Origin: Paramecium tetraurelia
Lineage: Eukaryota
Reading direction: 5' to 3'
Assembly: GCA_000165425.1 (NCBI GenBank)
Contig: CT867985.1
Coordinates: forward strand, 310,001 to 374,000
DNA: 64,000 nucleotides
Within the stretch, counting starts at the first letter, position 1. The number at the start of each line of letters is the position of its first letter. Both the position numbers and the translations under genes were made by a program. The notes beneath the pieces are model-generated. The model was not told where the DNA came from. It ran no database searches and saw nothing but the letters and a program-made list of their open reading frames with translations. Positions 12,590 to 24,909 of this stretch are shown in pieces.

Positions 12590-15338
12590 ATGAAGCTTAA
12601 AAATATAGAATAGCCATTCAAAACAAAGTAATTCTTAGATGACTGTATGAATACAAGCATCAAGTCAATAAATGTGTAAAAACAATTCATGTTAGAAGTT
12701 CATCAATTATGCGTAATATTTTAAGATTTATTTTAAAGAAAAAATTCAGCGAAGATTTGCAACACTTATATGTAATTATATATCTTTGACATTTAGAAAT
12801 TACTAAGTGTGTAAGTAGATGATGAAGAGACATTGTCCCAAAACACTGTCTTATCTAATTATATATTATCAATTAGTCATATCATTAAGTCAAGATCAGA
12901 AATCTTGTTTGAAGAGGCTATAGAGCCATTTTATCAATTCGAAGCCAACTATAGTCATTTAAACAACACCATTTCTAAAAACTATGGACATTTGTTGGAG
13001 AATTTAAAAGCATCACATGAATTGTTGAAACACAAAGCAGCTGAGTAAGAATACATTAATCAATAGCTATTATGAGGATTAGAATTAATCAATCTAAGCA
13101 CAAAATGAATAACAATATAAATTGTCTCTTAATTAAATGAATTGTATATGGGAACAATTTTTCAAGGAATTACCACAATATTATGAATAATATTAATTAA
13201 ATGAAGAAACTCGATTGACAGTAACTGAACAAACCTTTGTAAAATTCATTGAAGCCTTAGAGTACATGTTCAAACAACCAGCCAAAATAACAAACGAAAA
13301 ATTGCATTAATCATTTGATATCTAAAGAGAAAAGTTTAAAACTAGAGATCTATATGGAGAATTGTGCATACAGTCAAAAAAAATGATTAACTTTATGAAT
13401 GAGCCAAAATGCGAGATGTTTACTAGTAAAGATGAATACTTTAGAAACAAGGCAGCAAGTCTTTTACAAGAGACTGATTCCTCTAAAAACTCCAATTTCA
13501 AGGATGAAGATTTTAGAATTATGAGATAATTAATTGAAAAACCTCAGTAAGTTACATATTGTATATATTAGTTAAAATCTCTAATTGCTTTACAAAATTA
13601 AACTCATCCCTCATCTTTCTAGCAAAGAAAGAGAAGAAATAGTGTCATTTCTCCTTGGGGAATTGAAATAAAAAAATGTGGTCTAATTATAATCACATTT
13701 TCAATCCAACTTATTTCGTATTCTCATTTTCAAACTATTTAAATGGTTTGAAGATGACTTTTAGAATTAAAAACCATCTTCTAAACTCATTTAGTAATTC
13801 CTCTAGATCATCTATATAAGTTTATCCTTAAAAAGCGATTAAGGATGTTCTCTTCTTAGTAAAATAAGTAAAAAAGTTGAAATCTTTTATTCGTAAACAC
13901 TTTGGAATTCTATCTATGAGGAATTACTTACCAATTATCATTTATAAAAGCAAATGATTGACATTACTTTGAAGTATGTTTCATTTCTTCAGACTCCAAA
14001 CTCTAAAATACAATTACCGAAAGAAATGGATCAAAAATAAGATTCAATCTTTAATGGCTTCTTTTCAACCAAAACAAGAAAAATCACTTCAAATGAATCC
14101 ATCAATATAGTTAATTTAATACTTATAGCATCTAATTTACCTCCACAAACAACCTCATCAATTATTATGGAAATCATTAGATCAATTCAATAGAAAGTAT
14201 CATGTTCTATACCATTTATTGAATTGTAAGAGGCCAACTAGATGCTCAAAGAATTTTAACCATAAATGAGATAAAAATAATTGTCATAGAAAGTTGGCAA
14301 AAGAAAAAATCCTGTCTATTGTTTAATTAAATCGCTTAAGTACTTATAATTCAACGAAAATTATCTGAATGTCATTTGTATTTCTAAAGAACACTCAAAG
14401 ACTATCAAAACAAAAATGATTCGGTACTTTTTGGTTTCAGAATAAACAGGATAATTGAATCTTTAATAAAGAGTAAGATTGTGGAGTCAACTTTTAGACA
14501 TAGAAGTGAATTATAAACAAATTTAATAAGATTATTTATCTGCAAGTAAGAAATTATCAAGAGAAATTGAGAGAAGTATTGTTGTAGACATCAAAAGATC
14601 ATTCTCAACTGATTGTGAATAGAGAGATCAAATTGTCAACCAATATGAAAATAAACTTGAAAATCTACTTAGATTACATGCTTTTGATAATCCTGAAATT
14701 TCATACTATTAAGGGATGAATATGCTGATGGTATTCTTCTTATATGTTACAAATTTAAATGAAGAATTGTCATTCAGACTCTTCAGATCACTACTAGAAA
14801 AATTGTTAAGAGACATTTTCCTAGAAGGATTGAAATCTATGAGAATGCATTTTTATATTTTGGATAGGCTGATTGCTATTTTTATACCAAGATTATTTAT
14901 ACATTGGAAATAATTACAAATAGAGAGTCCTCAATTTGCAACTGTATTTTTATTATTAATTCTTAGGCCTGGTATGTTACATTATATACAAATTCGATTA
15001 ATTTGAGTCAAGTGGAGAATAATTAAGTTTGCTTTGATATATTTGAAATTGTTGTTGCAAGGGGGTGGACAGGATTTTATTCATCTACAATTGGATTATT
15101 GAAATTCTATGAAAAAATTCTTATAGAATTGGACTTTGATTAGAGTCAAAAGTTTTTAAATAATCTATCTAAAACTCAATTTTACAGATAAAAAATTGAT
15201 TAGTAAATTGAAGTACCTTTTTTCACAAATGCGAAGAACGTGAAAGTATCTATTAAGAAACAGCTAATTACAGAACTAGAAAGGGAGTATTATTAAATAA
15301 GAGAAAAGATAGATTAAATTAATTTAAATAATTTATGA
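12590..15338 (+). CDS. Rab-GAP TBC domain protein with long N-terminal helical region
   Basis: IVVDIKRSF (IxxDxxR) and NPEISYYQGMN (YxQ) TBC motifs near 14580-14720. Confidence 0.8.
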
Positions 15339-15368
15339 AGGAGAAATAAAATATATATTAATAAAACA

Positions 15369-17057
15369 TCATCCTTTAACTGTTTTACTTACCTCAAAAA
15401 TCGTTTTGCAAAAGAACTCTTTTTATTTATCTTTTGTCATAATATCCTATAGTTATTATTAATTAAATAAATGAATTGATCTTAGCATTCGTGTCCTTTG
15501 TAATAATAAATAACTAAATCTACTATATTCAATTAAATTCTTTGCACATACATCTTATTGTTATTTTGGTTTCCAAATTTTTAAATGACATAAAAAATTC
15601 TCTAATAATTTTTTTATTGAATTGGTTTCTTTAAAATTAGTAATTGATGATAAATAATTCAACCAAGTCAGGTTTTTAATTTCCTCAATTATCATATTAT
15701 GAATTGTTTGTGCGTTTTCAACTTGAAAGATTTTTTGAAAAATCTATAAATAATTTTATATTTTTTCTAGTTCTTTCAAGGAAGAAAAGTCCAAAAAGCT
15801 TTCAGGGTTTTTACTTTTGATTTAGTCCATAGGTATTTTATTTAAAATAAGGCGAATAGCTATAGACTAATACTTTTCTATTTATTCAGAGTTATAACTT
15901 TAAAATTTTTCTCTGTTTTCCTTATATAATGCATAAACATCATAAATATCTGTATACTTTTCGTGTTTCATCAGAAAAACTTGATATGAAAACTCATGAT
16001 CTTCCTCATAATGTTGACAGAAGGATTCAAAATATTTAATTTTCTTTTCATCAGTATAATCCTCAAATAGATCATTTAAAAGCTTCGTGAACATTGATGA
16101 GATCGTGAAATATTTCAATTTTCTTAACTCCATCAACTCTTCTTAAACATACTCAAGTTTCTCTATAAAAGCCCATTAATGACATTTTGGAATCATGTAA
16201 TCTAAGAGTCCTTATATAATTTTTTTTTATGTTAACTTTATGATAAAATAATTGTTTTCCCTTAAATAATTTTCGATAAATTAATTGATATTCTAATAAA
16301 TCTTATCTAAACCTTCAAACTTTAATTTATCAAAAAAACCTTAGATTTTATCATCATCGAACTTCTAATATTTCTGTAGAATCACTTTGGGTCCAATATA
16401 ATTCTCAAAAATTTCTTCTGATGTTAATGTTCCCATGGTAAATTAACAGAATAAGCTTAGAAGTTAAAACTTAGAATTCTTAAACTTTTATGAAACAACA
16501 GAATCGCAATATAATGGAGTTCCAATAAATACCTACTTGCAAGTTTCAAATATAAGAAAAATAATCTCCTACCCCCAAGATTAAATGCCCTCCGTCTTAA
16601 TTATATGATGAACACTAGCTTAAAGTAACTAACAAAATGTGTCTTCTTTATAAGAATCTAATTTTTGATGCACTAAGTAAGAGATCTTTCTTTTAAAAAG
16701 ATCGCAGTTTAATAATCCAGTGTTTCCTTCTTATGATGATAATAAAGGCAAAATACAGTTTGCCATTCCTTCTTTTCTTGACATTTTATTTAAATCTAAA
16801 TAGCTATCATCTATTATTCTCTCAACTTTGGAAAACTGCTTAACTTTTATTTTAGTTTCTGAATTTTTTTTTATTTTAGTGATTGTAATACCATAACCTA
16901 CCAAAGGAAATAATTCAATTTATTCATAGACATATTAGCACTATTTAAGCTTTTATATAAAATCTGGATCCTTCAGGGTCTCAACCATATTTTATAAAGA
17001 AATACAAGATCTCTCTTATTAAGAGTCTTAAAGCTGTTCTAAAAAATTTAATCTCAT
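15369..17057 (-). CDS. Hypothetical protein (FPLVGYGI / NCILPL motifs)
   Basis: Long open frame in code 6 from MRLNFLEQ to VKG-TGA. Confidence 0.65.
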
Positions 17058-17315
17058 TATTTTCTATTTTAATAATGATTTGTTTATGAAAATTACATTT
17101 CTAACAAAATTTTTGAAAATATGTAATAACTCTATATAACTTGAAAACTAAAATTTTAATATAAAAATAATAGAATAGAAGATTTAGAATTAGTTAGATA
17201 ACATTTATATATAAATTTTATTTAATATTATGATCCCTTTTAATTGAATTAGATTTATCTCTTTAACTTGATCCATATATAATAAATAATTCATATAAAA
17301 TAAAATATTTAGAAT

Positions 17316-18797
17316 TCATTGCATTTTAAACTTCATACTCTTTTTAACTTTTCTTCCTTATGGAGATTCCTCATCATTTACATCATTTTAATTAGTTTAA
17401 TCATTTTATTAGACATTCTTCACCTCTTTTTTATTCTAATTGAATTTTTTGTCTCCTTCATAACTTTCATCCTTCTCTTTTAAATATTATTCTCTTTATT
17501 TTACAAAGGTATTAAAATCGTCTTCCTCCTTGTTTTTTGTTTGTTTATTATTTTTTTAAAATCTGTCATTCTCTTAATGACCTTTCTCGTCGTTGTTGAA
17601 ACTATCTGAAAAATCATCTTTTCTTCCTCTATAATTTCTTGAAGTTTCTTTACTTTCTTCATTATAATCTGTATTTCTTCTATCAAATCTATCTCCTTTA
17701 AAGCTTCTATCATTTCTATCATTTCTATCAAATTTATCAAATTTATCAAATTTATCGAATTTATCAAATTTATCTCTTCTTTCATATCTGTCTTATCGTT
17801 AACCTCTATCCTCATATTTATCAAAACTTCTATTTTCTCTATATTGGTCTCCATTAGCTTCTCTATCATATCTTTAAGGTCTCTCTCTTCTATTGTACCT
17901 CTCTTTGTTATCATATCTTTCATATTTATCTTATTTATATGCATATTTATCAAATCTACCAGAATCATTATTATTATCTTAATCAAATTAACGATCATAT
18001 TTCTATTAATTATCATACTTGTCAAATCTGTCTCTTCTGTTGAATTATTCTGATCTATCAAATTTATTATTATATCTGTCTCCCTTATCATATCTATTAA
18101 ATTTTTCATGTCTATTCTCATAATTATCATAAGAATTTTATCTTCTGCCTTAATACTTATTTTCATTATCAAATTCTTCAGTTTCTTGTTTTCTGCCTTC
18201 CTTTTTTGGTGAATTATTTTGTTCATCTAAAAAATCAGCTTTCTTGGTATATTTATCTGTTCTTTTGATAGGTTCTTGTTGTCGAATAGGCTCATTTTCA
18301 GATACTTAAGCTATATCACTCAAAAACTATTCGTTGAGTTTGTTTTGGTTGAGTTGAAAATCAATTAAAACAGAATGAAATGTATCTAAAACTCTTGTAC
18401 TTGATAACCAAAAGCTTTTTTAATCATTTTATCTAAATTAATAAATAATAAACTACAAGTTCATTTAATGAGTACTGATGGTTTCTAAAAATTTGGAAAG
18501 ATGTGGCAATAGCAATGTTTACATATTACCTCCATCTGTTTATTAAAATGCCTTCGGGCATTTTGAATGATGGGGACATTGAGGACATACAAAGTCTTCT
18601 CTCACTCCAATTTATGCTCTTAATTCTTTATACAATTATATTTCTTGTTCTTAGGCTGGTGAATCTACTGGACAAGGAGTTGTAATTATCTTGTTGATAT
18701 CTCTTTTATGGAATCTCCAGTAAAAGTTTCCTTTTGGTAAGTCCTTGAAAGTATGTGAAATGGATTGCAAATACACCTTAAATAGTTATTAAGACAT
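17316..18797 (-). CDS. Hypothetical protein with CPQCPHHSKC motif and long D/R/K/F low-complexity repeat region
   Basis: Continuous code-6 frame MSQQLFKVY...; the C-terminal half has DKF/DRN repeats typical of disordered RNA-binding regions. Confidence 0.7.
17705..17774 (-). repeat. 9-nt coding tandem repeat (DKF/DRN)n
   Basis: tttatcaaa / tctatcatt units repeated about 8 times on the + strand. Confidence 0.85.
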
Positions 18798-18839
18798 AAA
18801 TTAAAATAATGTTTTAAATATTTATATTTTTGATATATC

Positions 18840-19244
18840 TCAATGACTATCGTGATGAATGTTTACTATGTAAAATGCAGTTTCGATGCTGGATACAAGG
18901 AAGGCTCTGTCCTTGACCTCAATGCCAAACTCCTTTTCAAGAGCGTCGTGAATGTGAATGCAAGTAGCAACATCAACATATCCCGCCGCATCATTCCAAT
19001 TAGTGTTAAATGTAATTGGGGTGGACTCCCACTATAAAGATAATTGAATCAAGATATACTCTTTCTGGGTCGATTTTTCTTAATCTTTCTCCAACCACCT
19101 TAATGATTCTCTTAGCTGTTACTGCTGGCTAAAGAATAGAAGATTTGGTACATTGTTATAGACAGAACCATTAGGAAAGTGATAAGCATAGAGAGGAGCT
19201 TGGGATTACATACTCTTCACAACAGTAGATATTAATTTATTCAT
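18840..19244 (-). CDS. Mitochondrial acyl-carrier-protein-like protein lacking the DSL phosphopantetheine serine
   Basis: Two introns. TAKRIIKVVGERLRKIDPER...NWNDAAGYVDVATCIHIHDALEKEFGIEVKD; ALEKEFGIEV matches the ACP helix-2/3 signature; the N-terminus resembles a presequence. Confidence 0.75.
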
Positions 19245-19276
19245 ATTTTAATTATTATTATATTTGATTAATATAC

Positions 19277-19738
19277 TCATTGTTTCTTTGCTTGTTATTT
19301 TTTTGGTTATGTTTTTTTGGTATGTTCCTTGGGTTGTTCTTTGGTTTATTCCTTTTACTCTTTTGGTTATTGCTTTTTTTATTCCTTCTTCTCATCCTTG
19401 ACTTCAACTTCAGCATCTTCCTTCAATTTCTTGATTCTCAACATGCCTTATTTTGCAGATAATCCAGCAGGAGTACTAATGGATGAAATAAAGTAATACT
19501 TGACTTCCCAAGCACCACCAGCAATTTGTAATCCAGTTTGTGTGCATCTCCAAATACCAATAGCTTATCTCTTGAGTGAATGCTAGAATATTATAACATA
19601 TATTACAGCTCCAGTAAAAGTGTTGAAATATCTTTGATGTTATGAAATTTCGAACTTCTTGATAATCTTTCTTAAAGATGCACCATATCTGGTACCATAT
19701 TTTCCTGTAATTCCAACCTTCTTTGTTTTTTTGGTCAT
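19277..19738 (-). CDS. RPL37A: 60S ribosomal protein L37a (eL43) with K/E/Q-rich C-terminal extension
   Basis: [24 protein letters not shown]...AIGIWRC...IAGGAW; introns at 19583-19606 and 19476-19499. Confidence 0.95.
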
Positions 19739-19788
19739 TTCAAATAATAATTAAAATCTTTAATTTATTTTTAAATAATTGAACAACA

Positions 19789-20479
19789 ATGAGTGATTCA
19801 GATGATGATATTTTTAAAAAGAAGAAGCCAAGCAAAAAGAAAATTGAGCAATAACAAAAATAAAAACAACCCTAACAAGTTGAATAACAACCACAATAAC
19901 TCAAATAAGAACTAAATCAACCATAATAACAATTAAACATTCACAAGAATCCAAAGGTGGTCATCTATTGCAAAGTTTGTACATTCCCTGTTGAATTCTG
20001 CTCATATTCTAAGGCTCCCCAAGAATGCAAAGAATGGTTAAAAACATCATTTAAAGATCTTTATGCAAATTTATATCCCGAAGATCTCAAATTAGAATAA
20101 GAAAAATAGGCTGCTCAATAACAACCTCAATAAGAACAATAATAACAATAATAAGGCTAACCCCCTGAAAAAAAGAAAAAGAAGAAGGTCAAGGTGACTG
20201 AAAGCGAAATGGTATATATAAAGGTCAAGGAAAGAAACAGGAGCAAGTTCATAACAACCTTAACAGGATTAGAAAAACATGGTAATCATTCTAGTTATCT
20301 AAGGTCTTGATATCAAGGAAGCTTAAAAAAAAATTAGTAAAAAATTTGGTTGTGGTTCCTCAATCAATGAAAAAGGAGATATTGAACTACAAGGGGATTT
20401 GAGCGCAGAATTGGAGGAATGGCTTCCAAAAGAATATCCAACAATTAAAGAAGACATGATTGCAATTCAAGAAAAATGA
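19789..20479 (+). CDS. DENR: Density-regulated protein DENR/Tma22 (SUI1 domain)
   Basis: VIYCKVCTFPVEFCSY zinc site; ERNRSKFITTLTGLE...KKFGCGSS...IELQGD SUI1 domain. Confidence 0.92.
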
Positions 20480-20516
20480 GATTTAAATCAGAAATATCTA
20501 TATATTTTAAATATAA

Positions 20517-20960
20517 ATGAAACACCGTCAAAAGCAGAAACATAACTCTCAATTATACACAGTCGAAAAAGTTGTGGACAAACGATATGATCCTGTTTCG
20601 AAAGAATTATAATATTGCATTAAATGGGAAGGGTATAGTGAAGCAGATAACACTTGGGAACCTTTGAAAAATCTAAAGAATGTTTTATCTGAGATTGAGG
20701 AATTCGAAAATTAATAGAACAATAAGAAATAAAATATATCTCTCAAAATTGATAATAAAAAACTCAAATAATTGCTTCTCAATAAATTAACTCATTTTCT
20801 TGAAAAAATAGCCCTAAAACCATCATAATAATAATAAGAAATAAGTCTAAGCGATTTTGAGAGTTCATGCGAGGAAATTAAACCAAAAAAAAGACAATAA
20901 GATGCCCAGCCTAATATTATTACAGATCAATTCAAACCAAAATCTTAAATTCTATCATGA
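20517..20960 (+). CDS. Single-chromodomain protein
   Basis: LYTVEKVVDKR...QYCIKWEGYSEADNTWEPLKNL; intronless frame to TGA at 20958. Confidence 0.88.
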
Positions 20961-21149
20961 AGCTACCATTGGTGTCCCTAAATTTGAGAATCTAATATTG
21001 ATTTTTGATATTATCTTGTTAATTTTTGTATCATCTAAAAATCTCAGGACTCATAAGTAAAAGAAAAACCTCATTAAGCCACTTATTTTAATACATAGAA
21101 ATATAAAAACATATAAAAAGTCAATTTATTATATATTTATTAAACATCA

Positions 21150-22126
21150 ATGATTATTGAAGCTAATTCTTTGGCCGATGAATTAAAAGGAGTTTCTAGG
21201 TACGAAAAAGTAAATCTAACACTAATACCAAATAGGTTGCTTATATATCAATTTTTATGATTGGATTACTTGTTATTAAAACTGATGATGCATACATTAC
21301 GTGTCAAACTTCGACTGAATTTTAAGGAATAATTTGGGAAATGGGATTGATTCCATTAGCCTTCTTGGGAGATGTAACTAAAAATTTGAACATAAATATA
21401 TTTGTTGTTGGCTTGGTTCAATTTTTGGTCTGTCAATTAAGATTGCAATTTACGATGATTTATTTGCTTTATAAAATATTGGGACAAGGGAAAATGGTAT
21501 TATATTAAATATATTTAAGAGACTTATAGTTTACTTTACTTGATACCCTTGATAACAAATACCATATTGCCACATTAAAAAGTATTATTTGGTTTTGCAT
21601 AATTTGTATTAGTGTTATTAATTATAATGCTAAATAAAACACTTATGCAAGAAAAATAACACAAACAAAAAATAAATTTTAAATTTTATGCTAGTAGATT
21701 AACAGCTTGTATTATATTAATGCAAAAATTGGACATGGTAAACAGTAATTTTTATGAAAATCAAGTGATCTTAATGGGTATCTTTTTGTTTATATAAATA
21801 GTTCTTAGTTTACCTATTGTTAAAATATTGAGTGATAGAGTACCAGATATAACTTTTGCTTTTATATTCCTCATTTACTTCTATCTAAGTCATAGTTATC
21901 TATTTATATAAAATATATTGTAAGGTTTGCTTATTTGTTTTGTTGTTGTAAAGCTCTTGCCTATTATAATGGATTAAAAATTTTCATGTATTTTTTATGA
22001 CAAAATATTAATAGTGACGATTTCATTACTTTTGCCTATAATAATATTGCAATTCCCCTTGCCAGAGTATTTTTTTGTGTTGTTAATCTTCCTGATGATC
22101 AGCGAACCACCATAAAACTTATATGA
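21150..22126 (+). CDS. Multi-pass membrane protein (possibly a divergent transporter)
   Basis: MIIEANSLADELKG... followed by many hydrophobic segments; GT-AG introns at about 21210 and 21498. Confidence 0.55.
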
Positions 22127-22169
22127 GTAGATTGAATTATGAATAAAAAATATATATAAAAATTAAATT

Positions 22170-22803
22170 ATGGGCAGAGGTGATTTCAATAGTAGAGGTG
22201 GAGGAAGAGGTGCCCCAAGAGGCGGCAGTTTCGGTAGAGGAGGAGGACGAGGAGGAAGACCTCAGTAACCATAAGGGCCACCTGCAAAAGTTGAACCATT
22301 TGCTACTTTCTCTCATGTTTGTGGAAATCAAATTATTGTTAAGGCTCTAGGAAAACAATTAGTATTGAAGATGGTCATTATTAGGTTCCCAGATTCTTTA
22401 GAAGTGTGTATTTTGAAAATAAGCAACCAATCGGTAAAGTTGATGAAATATTTGGTCCAATTGAAAATTACTTATTCTCAGTAAACCTTGAAGAAGGAAT
22501 TGCTCCAAAATCAGTACTCAAAACATTTAATCAAAGTTTAAATAAGATCAATTGATTTACATGGACTCCTATGATTGCATGCCTATGGATAGATTTTTAC
22601 CCAGGCCAAAAGGTGCACCAGGAATAAGCAGAGGAGGATCAAGAGGCGGTGGTAGAGGAGGACCAAGAGGAGCACCTAGAGGAGGTGGTTTTAGCAGAGG
22701 AGGACCCCCAAGAGGTGGAAGAGGAGCACCCAGAGGAGGTGGATTTAGCAGAGGAGGTGGATAATAAAGAGGAAGTTATGGAAGAGGAGGATTTAAAAGA
22801 TGA
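22170..22803 (+). CDS. GAR1: H/ACA RNP subunit Gar1
   Basis: RGG-rich termini flanking GPPAKVEP...[18 protein letters not shown]...[11 protein letters not shown]. Confidence 0.95.
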
Positions 22804-22829
22804 TAAGTATATTACATTTTATTCGATCA

Positions 22830-24852
22830 TCATTAACATGTTAAATTATATTTGAATCTATCTCTGGCATCATCAACATTGCTTAAAATATTTTAATATC
22901 GATATCTCTTTTATAAATCTTTATCAGGAGTTTTGATGATCTGATGTTAATTTCCAATCAAATTGAAAACACTTTTTTCGTTACCATTCTTAAGGGTAGT
23001 ATATTTGTTCGCAAAAAATTGTGGTTATGGCAGTTATCCAATCAAATATAATGATTTCTAATGTAATTCATTGTGGATTAAATCCTACTCTATTTCTTTG
23101 GCCTATTGTTAAGTATTAGTAACTTAATGCAATTGATCCAATGGATTTTGGATATTTTAGTAAAATTGTGAGAATTATCCCTTTTATTAATCATTATATT
23201 ATTTTTGTTTTGTTGGAATTACTTTAAATTATTCTTTTACTTTTTCAAAATCTAATTTAACCACTCCATTAAAATTTGGAGGTATTTGTTACAGAGATTT
23301 ATCGAACTAATTTGAATTATATTGTCTATAAAGTTTTTCAACACCTGCAAAAATTTCATTTCCTCTATTATCTATAACTTGATTTAGTCTGTTTATATCA
23401 GCATTATATGAGTTAAAGACTTCTTAATCATCTAAATCCTTATCGAAGTAGCTTTCTTGTACTTTTTATAGCTATTGTTAAAGAATTTCTATTTACGATT
23501 AATCTTTTGTAGGTCTATCTTCTAGTTATAAATCTTTTGCTGTTTCATATTGATGAAATTTTAAATTTTATAGTTTAGAAATAGAATCCACTATTGATTG
23601 ACCTTAATTGCCTGCCTTTTAATAATTATTATCTCTTTTAACAGTTGTATTTAAATAGATATTATTGAATTTTGGATTTTTATTTAATTAATGATAATGT
23701 TGATCCTCATCAACCTGCTATTGATAGTATTAAGGTGTTGATTTATCAATATAAAGTTTCTTAACTTTATCATATAAATCATACTAATTTTAACTCCATT
23801 TATATTCTTGTTTTTCTGCTTCTGTAACAATCTCTATTTTTTTATCCATGATTGTATCCTAAGATTATCCTTTTCTCAAAGATTCATGAAAGTCTTCCAT
23901 CTTTTTAAATACACTCTCCCCATTCTCTTCATATGTATCTACATCATATGTAATATGTTTAGCAACTGGGTTGAACTGCACTTTATTTATTTTTAAAGGT
24001 GCCAGAGTTGAATCCTTTAATTTTTCAATGGTTTATATCGTCGAAAGATCAAGCTTTTTATCCAATTACACATTGTCAAAATCAATTTTAGGAAAAGCCG
24101 CTTGTAATTTTTACTTATCCAAAGTAGTGTCATTTTTAAATACAGTTAAAAATTCTTTACTTAACTCAGGTTCTTATTCTTGTCTTTCAGCTATTAATTA
24201 TGGGATTGTTTTTTCATCTAGTTTTGAACTTTTCTTAGTTTTTTACTATGAAATGGATAAGTCCTCCTATTGGTTTACTTCTGATTATTCATCTACTTAT
24301 TATTGTTATTATTAGTCTTCAGGTAGATATTTTGGATTAGATTTTAAACAACTCAATAAAGCACCCAATCTGTGTGTTCGTACATATGCTAAAAGTTACA
24401 AGTTCAAGAACAAATATACCTTTCTTTTCTTCCACTATATTGATATCTTCTACTCTTCTTTTGCCATCCAAAAATAAGTGATGTTTTTACTAAAATTAAT
24501 TAGCATTAGTTAATTGATTTAATTGTTCTTCATATTGCTTATTTTATTTTTATTGAATAAATTCATCTAATTTCTCCAAATCTTCTTGTTATTTCAAACC
24601 ACCTAAGATCTAAACATATAAAATGTGTTTATTCAAAGATTCAGATTATTTATGTTCATGAGGATTCAATTTTTATAAGCATTTGTCTAAATCTAACAAG
24701 TCTATTTTCTTTTCTTGAATCCTATCCAGGTATACAAAGCCATTCTTTTATAGATTTATTAAATCTTTTTGAATCATTCTTTTATCAGTAGGAGCCCTTA
24801 AGTTTTTAGTTTGATCAAGGTGTTATTTAAAAGAATACAGGCCTTCTTTCAT
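22830..24852 (-). CDS. Hypothetical Q/E/K-rich protein
   Basis: Long code-6 frame from MKEGLYSF with one or more introns (about 24393-24420) to TGA. Confidence 0.65.
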
Positions 24853-24909
24853 TATATAAATTTTATATTATTGTTTAATAAAATTTAAACAAATAAACTA
24901 AATGATATA

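Noticed and set aside
17501..18226. 241-aa I/M/N-rich ORF (and 17844-18053 on +)
   Set aside because: Wrong-frame or antisense reading of the DKF-repeat region of gene 17316-18797.
18843..19037. ORF-track + strand 64-aa protein
   Set aside because: Antisense shadow of the spliced ACP-like gene on the minus strand.
19280..19462. Very hydrophobic F/L-rich 'membrane peptides' (also 7577, 10865, 25488 etc.)
   Set aside because: Antisense of K/E/Q-rich coding sequence.
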